From: Welwitschia mirabilis
Lineage: Eukaryota
Direction: 5' to 3'
Length of the DNA stretch: 64,000 nucleotides
NCBI GenBank assembly: GCA_051453625.1
Contig: JBOZIK010000001.1
Span: 10,198,040 to 10,262,039 of the forward strand
Below, piece by piece: positions 53,137-64,000 of this stretch; position 1 is the first letter of the stretch; each line of letters opens with the position of its first letter. Position numbers and translations under genes: made by a program. The notes below the pieces were generated by a model. The model had not been told where the DNA came from, searched no databases, and worked only from the letters and a program-made list of their open reading frames with translations.

Positions 53137-56100
53137 TAAGAAAATCTTCTTTCTATAGCTAATGGATGAACCTCTTGTCTTTTAATCTTCTGTCACAAGA
53201 ATATTTAGCATAAAAGATGGAAATTGAAGTAAAGACCAAGGGGGGTATTTATAGTTTTACATTAAAGTTCTAAAAGAAAAACTCTAGAAGTTTGAGAAGA
53301 AATCCTAGTAACCCACATAGACCACTTGATCCCATTATAAAGATAATTTACTTCCATTCATATAAAATAGTTATTATTCTATCTGTCACAAGGATGATAC
53401 TAGAAACGATACTCCAAAAGAAGAGATGAGCCATCAGCTTCAAATTTCATAGTCAAGTCTACAATTTTAGTCCATGTCAGTAGTATTATCATGTTGATTA
53501 TAGTGGAGACGACAGAGGGCATGATAGAACTCTTTATCTTTTTAGCTTACGAGAAATCAGTCTTTTGCATTATTAATATTTCCATCAAAACACAAAGTAT
53601 TAGAATATGCCTAAAATGCCTTCAAATATGATTAGAATTACATCTAAACCTATATAAATGTCTTGTAAAAGTACTTAAAATGCCCCATTGAAATATTACA
53701 AATTTGCATCACAACATAGTCCCCTACTTAGCCTTGTGAGTCTCCTATAAAGTAAGTGATCAATAATATTACGAGCCAACTTAACCTTGATAACCAGCAA
53801 CTAGGAAAAATGTAAATTGAATTAAAAAATATTTATCACATAGGAATAAACATCAAAAACTAATTAATTAACACAATAGCTCTGTATGATACATAATAGA
53901 TATGTTGTCCTGCCTATCATCTGGACAACAATGAGGACAACAATACTTATAAAATCAGAATAAAAGTCAAATGCCTATAACATAAGTATCAAAAAAATCC
54001 AAGTCTTGAAATCTTCATTATTCCCCTACTTGAAACGTTTAACACAATACAAGATAACAATTAAATGTTATACATAATAATCATCATAAGGTATAATAAT
54101 GATGATCTAGAAAATGATGAAATGTATGCATAATTAAAATAGTAATAACTCAAAATGATGTGTATTAATAACTCAAAATGATGTGTATGAATGAATCATA
54201 GAGTTCAAAAGAACAGTCTATAAGGGGTGAAATACAAAGAATAATCATAACATTACTTCCTTATCCTTGATCTTCTAAATATTCTAAATTACAGTTACAA
54301 GAAAACTCTATAATTGTGCTACTATGATCTTGCTAAATAATGTCCATGATGAAAATTATATAAGTAATATGAAATCATATTCAAATAATTTCATCATAAC
54401 TATGTATCGTGAAAGCTAAAAAATGATCCTTAAAATTAAAAATTTTACTTAATATCATAGAAGTAGCTCAAAAAGATGTCTTTCCCTCCTCCACAGGTAA
54501 ACCAATACATCCCATATTGCAATAGTATCAAAAAGATTGCTATCGTCCTCGCTATCATCCAAACAACAAGCATGGAATAATGCTTATCAAAGGAGATTTT
54601 TGAAAAATAGAAAAGACCAGAAAAAGTATGATAAGTGAGGGTAGTAATAGTTGAGTAGGAGAAAAGCATCAGAAAATTAGGAAGATGGTTAAAAGTGAAG
54701 GATCATCGTCAAAAATAATGATCATGATGAAAATAGACTTATATGAAAAGGACTTAAGGAGAAAATGATGAATGTTCTGGTTTGATAAAATAGGAATTAT
54801 TGGAGTTGGTCAAACAAATCTTCAAAATAAGTACTAGTAATGGTCCTCGTTTACTACTATCAATACTTCTAAGAGCTATGAGTACCTAGAGGATTTTGAT
54901 ACTTTTAATAAATTGAATGGAATAAGACACACATCTATGTTTTGAAAATCCTTAAAAATAAAGTTACATGATCAAACTATCATAAAAAGATAATCTAAGC
55001 TAACTCAAATATGTCCATTTGTTTTTTTGAATAAAAAGTACTAAACCTCTTTAAGCAAGCTCTTCCTTCTTTATCTATCTTTATTTGCATCCACATATAC
55101 CTATCCAAGATAAATTCATGAGGAAGTGATATCTCTTTAGGATCCACTCCAGCATTTAGAAGTTGATTGATTGATAAAGAGAGATGGATTTGGTGCCTTG
55201 TTCAAGATAGAGAACTAAGCCCTAACAACCTAGCTAAATGATAATTTAACATTGATTCTACTTATTGAAACTAAGCTAATTTTGGATCAGCTTTGTGATA
55301 ATTAAACCAACCAACAAATAACATTAGTACCAATAATAGGACCATAATAATGCACTAAGTAGAAACAAGAAAGACTCAGAAGAACTCCTCAGATATGCTC
55401 GAACTTAGTAAGCATGTAAAAGTAAGAGCGAAACTCAAAAGATAAAGTATCATCGTCACTTGTTAAAAAGTTCTAAAAGTAAAAAAACAAATCCTATGAA
55501 TAAAAAATTTGAGTAATATCAACAAGAAACTACTAAATGATCAAATCTCAAATATTATGTTGAAAAGATATCAAAATAACTTTAAAAATCCCAATAAAAT
55601 AGCTAAATCAAAACAAAAGTAAACATGAAAAACTAGAGACATAAAGAAGATTATTTGCCTATCCTAAATTATAACCTAACAAATTCCGTTGGTAAAAATC
55701 ATAAAATCACCTTATGAAAAATGCATGACATTATGTAAAAACTCATAAAGTACTATTCAAATAGGCAATGACTATGATGATGTCAAGTATGTCTACTGTT
55801 GTCAAAAATGAATGGTAAGATCAAAAGATGCTTAAACATGAACCCATTAGCTCACACATCAAACCAACACTAGAATCTAGAAAAGTAGAATAATCATGTG
55901 GAAGCACTATAGGCAAAGTGAGTCTAGAAAATAAGCAATGCCTCTAATGACATGAGGAACATCACTAATTCCATAGTCTTAAATGACAATAATTATTTCT
56001 CCATGATGAGGAGAGTGTAGCCACTATCACAAGAGTAAGTACTCACATAGCATGGCTAACTAACCCCCCAGTGGAGTTCCCACAGCTATGATATCACACT

Positions 56101-58406
56101 TCCAAATGTCCCTCTTAGGAAAACATGTCCAATGTGCTTGTGGTAGAACATCATGTTTTAGTTAGATAAAAAGATACTTCTTCTTCTTTTTCTCTTCTTT
56201 TTGTTTTTCAATGACAATAATGTGAAATGACCAAGTACTTATAAGGATAAGAGTAAAGTAATGAAATGAGAAATAAGTAAGAGAATGCATAAATAGCTAA
56301 ATACGAATGTCTTAAATTGGCAGAATCCAATATTATCATTTTAAAATGCCCAAGTAAAATGATTACTAATCATGGTAACTTCATAAAGTAATACATACAT
56401 CAAGTTAAAGATGTTTAAGTGATAGCATGATGTTTATCCTAGGAATCAGTTAAGAAGGAATTTAGAAAATGATAGGAGAAAAGTCCTCCTCATTAAGTGG
56501 GGCTTCTAAGACAAGTTCTTCTATGATGTTCAAGGTTTGAATAAGGAGGAAAGTCCTCCTTATTCAACTATTAAAATTCTTTACATATCAGTGTGCATAC
56601 TTAGGGTATGCTCGAAGCCAACTAGACTTTCTCTGATATTTTCCTTGATTAGGCTTCACTCCCTCTGATACTTTATCTTTTTATCTGAGTGTACCATGTT
56701 CTTGCATGTTCAATGATGTTTTTTGCAATGTTATATTTTTTGTCATCCAGACTATTACCTAGACGACTATTATAGAAATAAAAAATATAAAACAGAGAAT
56801 TAAAAAAAAAAGAATCAAATCCAAAACTGATAGTTGTTTGTCTATGTCATCTGGATGACAAAGGACATGATAGCGATTTATTTTGTGGTGGAAAACTGAA
56901 AACAAAAATTACAGAAAATCTCAGAAAAATCCTAACTCTTGGTTATCATCTACTATATCATCTAGATGACAGAATTGAAAAATGTGGAAAGAAATATGAA
57001 AAATGCAAAAAAAATGTGGATATAAAAACTGTGATATTTATAGTAAAAATACAATTCTATTGTAAACAAGTATCTAAATTGAAATCCAAAGCACTTATCT
57101 AGGTAACGAAAATCCTCGAACTCCTTATGGCCTTCCCCCATGATGGTTCCAAGGTGTTGTGATGCATATTTATGAAAATGTTATGTCTTTTATCAAATCT
57201 AATTAATCATAAATATATGCAAAAACACAACATACTAATATAGATGAGAGTGGACATGAATGTCATAATCCATCAAAAGCATTAGGTGAGAAGAAAGAGA
57301 ATTCATTTTCACAAAGTATTTTTATATTTTTCTTTTAGGTTTAATAAAATGAAAAGTACAATGCAAGAAAATAAATACACTATGCAATGCAAATGCAAAC
57401 TAATGTAAATGCAATATCTATTCGACTACTAAATCTTTGTTACCAAGATTGGCCTTGTAAAACCTAGATCAATTAAGGCAACTATCACTAACCAAAACCA
57501 ACCTTGGCTATTTAGTATATCAAACAGAATATAAAAAACATGCAATGATTGATCTAAAAAATATAAAAAGCAGTGTAAGTTTCTAAACTAATGATTTCAA
57601 TCTTGACAAAGGCTTCCCTTCATGATCTATATCAATTATGGAATTGTCACGAAATCATAATTAACATAAATCATAAGGGACATGCATATGAATAAAACTA
57701 AAAGAATAAGATTTTTATTAAAGTCAAACCAATATTTTATTATAAAGCAGTAACACTTTAATGAAGGAGACATAACCCAACATGAATAAAGGCTCCTCTT
57801 TGCAACTAATGGGTGGATCTTCTATCCTTTGATCTCCTATCATAAGAATTTCTAGTGCTAAAGAAGATCATCAGAGTTGAGGGTGAAGGTAGTTTTTACT
57901 AACAACAATAGACTCAAAAATAGAAACTCTAACAGATGCAACTAATATCCTAATAGTGCATAGAAGGCACATGACACATTGTACAAATTTGATAAAGCTT
58001 GGTACATTGACTAAAATTAGGTATCATCCTTCTAGTCATCTGAATGATGATGGGGATGACGCCACATTAAGAGAGTTCTATATTTATCCTTTATATCAGT
58101 CCAGTTAGTATTCTAGTTAGCATGTAAGTGGTGTCATCTAGGTTTTCCTCCAGACAATGGAGGTAATGACAAACTTCTTCAAGCTCTTCAATCAAGTGAA
58201 TTTGGCCTTGTAGAACCTTAATTCCTTATCAAAATATGAATTATTATAATTGATCCAAAATGCCTCTAAATTTGCTAGTAATTGTGCATTTCCATGGTAT
58301 TTTTCTTGACTCTCAATAATCATTATTTTCAACTTAATACTATCTAAATGTCCTATAAAAGTACTTAAATTACCCCATCAAAAACATATAATTTGGTATT
58401 GCAACA
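53137..58406 (-). mobile_element. E-family non-autonomous LTR element (5' LTR 57155-58406; 3' LTR 53137-53716, cut by gap)
   Basis: TGTTG...CAACA termini, PBS-like tggaaccatcatggggga (~57134-57151, minus), PPT aagtaggggacta (53717-53729). The ~3.4 kb interior has no gag or pol motifs I can recognise. Confidence 0.75.
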
Positions 58407-59772
58407 CTGGTAATGCATCACTAACTTCTTCATATAGAACAGGTTAAATCTGTTGGAAGAAGATGTCATAATACTAAACTTTTAATATGATCAAATCCTA
58501 GAAGCATGTTGCTCATGATTGTAGGAGGGAAAAATTAGAAATAAATCAAGATGGAATCAGAGACTTCTTCTGATTTGCTTATTTTGACATTTGTTACTCA
58601 ACATCTTTTTACTACTCTTTATTTACATGAAGCTATTTAATTAATGCTTTTTCTTTTTTTGACTTAGATCTATAATTAAATAAAATTTTTCTAGGCTATT
58701 ACCTTAATTTCATAGTTTCATTCATTCATAGTATGCATGATAGAGTCTTAGTTATATTCTTATTTACTTCATTTTCATTCATTCCACTATTACATACACA
58801 TGCATTTGCCCTTTCATCACTATTAAAAAGCACATTTAAATGTATGTATATGTTTGTTGTGATAAGATTTTTCACTCCATAAGTCATGTTAGAACTAAAT
58901 CATTCTAGATTATCATTAAAATTAAATGATCCTTAGGCTCTTACTTCACCTAATTTTTATTTACTCTAAGCATTTTTTGTCATTTTATCACCTTGGCTAT
59001 TATGTTTTCATAATCCATACATATTTTCATGTTTAATGTTCTAAACTTAAGTGCATTTACCTTAGAAAACTGGCATCGCCATGAGCCTTCATCAGTGCCA
59101 TTGTCAATTCCTCTTTGTCCATGTTACACTTCACATGAAGCTTTTTTCATGTCTACAATCATCTCAAGTCATTGGCAGGTCATGATCTTTTATAAAATTG
59201 AACTGTAACTTGGTCTTTATCCATTGTCCACATCATGTTGACATTTTCTTCATCATCTTCATTCTCATCTTTTTCTTCATTTTTACCTTTCTTCTGTTTT
59301 CCCCTATTGCGTTTAGTTTCATGTACAATAATCATTTGTGAAGCCTTATCATTTCTCATAGAATTACTTTTCATGTTTACCCTCTTTCCATGTAATTTTA
59401 GACATACATAGCATTGTTTTCACTTTTCATTCCTTGCATGTACTTCTCTTTAGCATACTTCTATGTTCAACTACATGAAATGCATCCTTATCTTTCATGC
59501 CTTATATGTGTATTCCCTTCTCCGTTATATGAGTTTTAATGACAAAATTAAACTTGGTTAGGAAGGAGTAGGCATTTCAATTTGAATTTTCTTTTCATGC
59601 TTCATTCATTCTATTCAAGTGGAATCAGCTCAAAAATTGGCTAACTTTTTTTTCTTAATTTTTCCATCACATTTTTTTATTACCAGAATGATTTTTACTT
59701 GCAACTTTTCTATGTTATTTAACTTTGTTGCACTTTTTGCTACGAGACTAGAAAACAGTTGATTGGGGAGCA

Positions 59773-61170
59773 TGATAACATGCAAAAAGTAACATTTATC
59801 TTAAGTAATTAAAGCCACTTTAGCATAATCAATCTATTAGTCTCACTGTTTTATTGATTTATTTTTAGTGATGTTGTTATAATCACAATTTATAATATTT
59901 AGCGTTCACATTATGACTTTTCAAGTTTATAGCTACATAAGGAAGCATGTGGCAAAAAATAAGCATGAATTGGATGAAAAAGCTAGTGGTTTCACTTATA
60001 GTTGATGGAAGTGCCAATCTTTTTTCGAGTTTGGAGCTCATCTTTACTTTCTTGGATCAACTTCCTATGATGATTTCATTAATCTTATGGGTTACCAAAT
60101 TTGAAGAAGTTTATTTTTACACATATATTTCTAAGAGAAACCCCTTAATTTGGCCTTATGGTTAAATAATAACCCCAATATGCCTTGAAAATGCTAATTT
60201 GTAACCTTGAGTTGGCCTATAAATAGCCTATTTCGATTCAATTGAATTGATTCATTATTAGATTAATACAAAGGAATTTAAGCATGCTTACTTTCTGAGT
60301 TTTCATTTTGGGGATGAAATGGCCCTCCAAGGTTAGCAGGACATTTTTATTATTGTGATTTCTACCTTACCTTCATGTAGAATTGCTCTTTTTAGTTAAT
60401 AAAATCTTCTTTCATTCTCAATTTGATTTCTTGATATCAAGTATGTATGTTTTCAATACTTGCTATCCTTTAATAAGATTGAAGTTCTTTATGTTAAAGT
60501 AATATTCTTAATTTTCATTCTTAATCTAATTTATTCATATCAAATATGTATGTTTCTCATACTTGTTATACTTGAATAGGATTGAAGTTGTTTATGCATT
60601 TACCATTTCAAGTAAAGTCTTAGAGTAAAATCTTGGTTCTTTAGTTACTATTATTCAATGTTCTTTGGGATCAAAAATCCTACTTAGCATGCTTATGAAG
60701 TAAGCTATGAGAGTTAGGAGGACTTAGAGTCTTCATAAATGCTTAAGCTTCATTACATATCTCTATAGATCTAGGTTGAAGTGATACTATTATTATTCAG
60801 AATTGTGGTCATTACAAAGAGATGTACATGTTGATTCTTATGACTATGCTTATTCTCTAGCTTACCTTATGGCTATGCTTATTCCCTAGCTCGCATTCTT
60901 GGTTAATCACACATATCTTCCTTTTATCCTTATACTAGAGTATCTTTATATGATAGTTACAAAAGTGATTTGTGCATGCTTATTTATTTATGTTACCTCA
61001 TTTATCCCTTGGATAGAATAACACGAGAGCCATACTACAAACAGAAGTCCTAGATTTTTTGGTAAAAGTCTAGTTTGGCATGTATGATTTGTATCCTTAG
61101 TATGATTAAATAAATAATAATCATGATTATATTAATGATGAAATAAAAGAGTAAATCCAATCATAAATCA
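59773..61170 (+). repeat. B 3' LTR
   Basis: TGATAACATGCAAAAAG after PPT gattggggagca, colinear with 12829-14179. Right end approximate. Confidence 0.85.
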
Positions 61171-64000
61171 AGGTGCATTCACTAATTATGTAGACATTAT
61201 AGTAAATGCCAATTCAACACAAATAAAATACTATGTCTTGACAAGATAAATGCCTCATGACTTATTCATTTCCTTACAATAAAGAAGTAAAAATAGATTC
61301 TCAAAACCTCATGGTTAGATAAGCCCTCATTATAGCTATAGGAGATCTAGACCTAAAATGATATAATTCCTAATTAAGCATGAAGATCAAGTATAGAATG
61401 AATCATAATTTACTCATGAGATAAGCCTTTCTTATATTTTTTTCCCCTTAAGGTTGTGAATTTTTTTGATACATCCTAAGGATTAAATCTCCTTTAATGG
61501 TAGGAGTTAAATATGTAGTCCTTAATCCTTATAAACTAACTTATCTCTGGAATATATGGCTACTTTATTATCTTAACCTTTATTTTGCTACCCTCGTTTT
61601 TTGGGGTCTGTTATCCTAAAAAATGCTACTGGAAGTGAGAGTAATATTAAACCCCTTTATTTGTTTAGCTATGATAAATTTTGGATATCTTAAGATGACC
61701 TATTAATGAAATACCACAAATTAGTCCCTTTTAATAATATATTTAAAAATTAAAAGATAACACATGATTAACAATAATTCAATAATAAATGTAGTATCTA
61801 TAGCCTTAAAAATACATTGATTAACTAAAGTTTAGAGGTTAAATATATTAAATTTCATATGTAAATAGCTATTACATGAAAGTTTTACTATCATTATTTT
61901 CTATGACCACATATTACATGATCACTAGCATTACACATTAGCTCAAAATTGTAGATCAATTTGGCTTAAACAAAATGAATGCACATGATATCTTCTCTAA
62001 AATATGAAATACTTCCTGACATAAACTATTCAATTCAAATGAAGTAATTTATAAATTTTTGAAAAGTCCTTTATGAAACTCCTAGAAAATTTTCAACATG
62101 ACCTAAAAAAGATGTAATTTATCTTAAATTTGAGAAAGGAAACATTTCTTTAGTGACTTGAACCTTTGAATGATACACTTCAATTCCTTGCATTATATAA
62201 TGCTTAAGGATAATTCTCCTTTAAACTAACAGTAGGTCATTCTCCCAACTTAATTTTAATCTATTCTATATGCATCTATCTAAAATTTCTCTTAAACTCT
62301 CTAATGTTTAACTAAAATAATCTACTCATAAAGAGGAATCATCTATAGAGTCTTTAATACATAATTACAGCATATTAGTAAGGATGCCTAACATAACTCT
62401 TTACAAGGTACTTAAAGCATTACACAAACCAAATTATATCTGTCTAAAGGCATAATCCCAAAAAGGCAAGCTAAAAGTGGTTTTATATTGATCCTTGTCC
62501 ATGATAAAAATTTGGTTGTACCCATTATGACCATCTTGAAAACACTAGTTTTAATATCTATTCAAAAAATCTAAAATTTCATTTAGAAAATCTAATGAGT
62601 AATGGTCCTTTTTAGGATGTCAATTCAGTTTCCTACAATTGATACACACCATTCATTTTCCTTATTTCTTATGGGTCTACTATTATAGGGATGATTCATT
62701 TACTATTTATAATAGAATACACAGTACTAGTTTCTACTCACTTAATGATTTCCTCCTTAATAATTTACCTCAAACTTGGATTTAATCTCCTCTAGGATTG
62801 CCTTATAGGATTGGTATTCTCCTCTAGCTAGATCTTATGTTGAATAATTTATGAAATAATATTCTATAAATCCTTATGAGTCTAGGTAAATACTTAAAAT
62901 TTTCTTGTCAATACATAAATTACTTGGCATTTTTTCATCCTAGATAAAGTTGATGAAATGTTTAAAGATTTCTTATAATCTCCATCGATAAAAACATATT
63001 CTAAGTTATTTGGCAATCTTTTAATTTTAATTCATGTAATTCAACATGTAATGGAATGTTTATTCCTCCCACTAAAATAAGGTTGTAATATCACCTCAAA
63101 GTTTTCCTTCTTTTAGATTCAAAAATATTCTTATGACCTCCATCAAATGGGGTAAAGGTTCCTTTAACAAATCTTCATTTAATTCACAAGAATTAGAAGA
63201 ATCAAGAATGATTGAATGATAGTTGCTTTGTTATTAATATAAACCAAGGAAATGGCTGATTTAAAATGAGTTAGAATTAATATTTCTTCAAGGTCTTAGC
63301 CTTAATCATTAAATCAACTACCTTGGTTATCTCATTTGGTCCCCTCATCTTCTTAACTATGTCAAAAAAACCTTGGTTACCTCATTTGGTAACTTCAACT
63401 TCTTAATTATGTAAAAAGTCCTAAGGTTAAACTTTTTTATTATTAAACAACATTATCATTATTTTTCTTCTAGTATTAATGATGCAATGGATAGTGACAC
63501 AAGAAATTCTATTTAAATCCATGGATACCCACCTTATTTGGCTATTTAAAGGAGAACGAAATTAGTAGTGTAAAAACCTTTATCAATTTAAGGTACTAGG
63601 AACTTGATAATCAGTTTTGTTATAGAAGCATCTAGTTTGTCCAATGTTATGTCAGTGGGCTAATTTTTTTCCCTCCAACTACAATATTTTTTCTATATGA
63701 AAGGGAATAACATTAAAACTTGCTCCTAAATCAACAAAGAATTTTCTTCACTTCTTACTACCTTCTAAGATTACACTTAAGAAGAGAAGCTCCGAAGTCC
63801 TTATACTTAGGGGCTCTATTAGCTACAAAAGATGTTGTACTTTAAGCCATAAATACTTTCTTTGGTGTAGTTCTAGTCTTGTTCCAGTCACCAAATCCCT
63901 CCAAATTTTTACATGCTTACTATCTTTCAAAGAAATAGGTTGATTTTAAATCCTTTCATAATTTCCATTAGATACTCATCATATACTCAAGTTGGCTTTA
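61171..64000 (-). pseudogene. pol: Degenerate Tat/Ogre-type gypsy pol (PR, RT, RH, additional RNase H)
   Basis: Minus strand: 'VDLGASFNVIP' (PR, ~63700-63740), 'CFQDGHNGYNQIFIMDKDQYKTTF' (RT, ~62475-62545), 'YFILEKISCA' (RH, ~61980-62015), and a weak aRH-like stretch (~61230-61420). Confidence 0.75.

Larger units (their letters stand above)
12829..61170 (+). mobile_element. Athila-like element B, carrying about 44 kb of nested insertions
   Basis: LTR pair 12829-14179 and 59773-~61170. The leader at 14180-14531 resumes at 50616-50951. The 3' region at 58407-59772 ends in PPT gattggggagca. No clear TSD. Confidence 0.65.

Noticed and set aside
59180..59374. Charged Lys/Glu/Asp-rich ORF on minus
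   Set aside because: Short, low complexity and inside the B 3' region, with no independent support.
1..64000. Host genes, tRNA/rRNA, CRISPR arrays, DNA transposons, endogenous pararetrovirus
   Set aside because: No supporting motifs seen. The RT fragments are gypsy-type and the PBSs are only tRNA-complementary sites.

Overview
AT-rich plant-type heterochromatin with no recognisable host gene, RNA gene or intact transposon ORF. Nearly the whole window resolves into old, heavily C->T/G->A-decayed LTR retrotransposons nested inside each other. The letters A-G below are my own labels. The outer host is a minus-strand Tat/Ogre-type gypsy pol: PR-RT-RH-aRH at 61171-64000 and integrase at ~11600-12828. 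It is split by Athila-like element B (12829-~61170). B contains element A2 (14532-50615), A2 contains a Copia element (18292-38461), and the Copia contains an inverted Athila-like element F (23381-36423). A2 also contains D-family elements, and E-family LTRs occur in D and B. A pol-less full-length element A1 (4459-11375) and a solo LTR (1701-3111) lie at the left. Boundaries rest on LTR termini, PBS/PPT motifs, 5-bp TSDs with 1-3 differences, and host sequence resuming across insertions. Five N gaps limit interpretation. I found no convincing novel biological system. The most interesting items are the five-level nest, a chimeric LTR, a pol-less gag-remnant family, and diverged paralogous blocks meeting at each 100-N gap. 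All alignments were done by eye, so coordinates of decayed coding regions are approximate.
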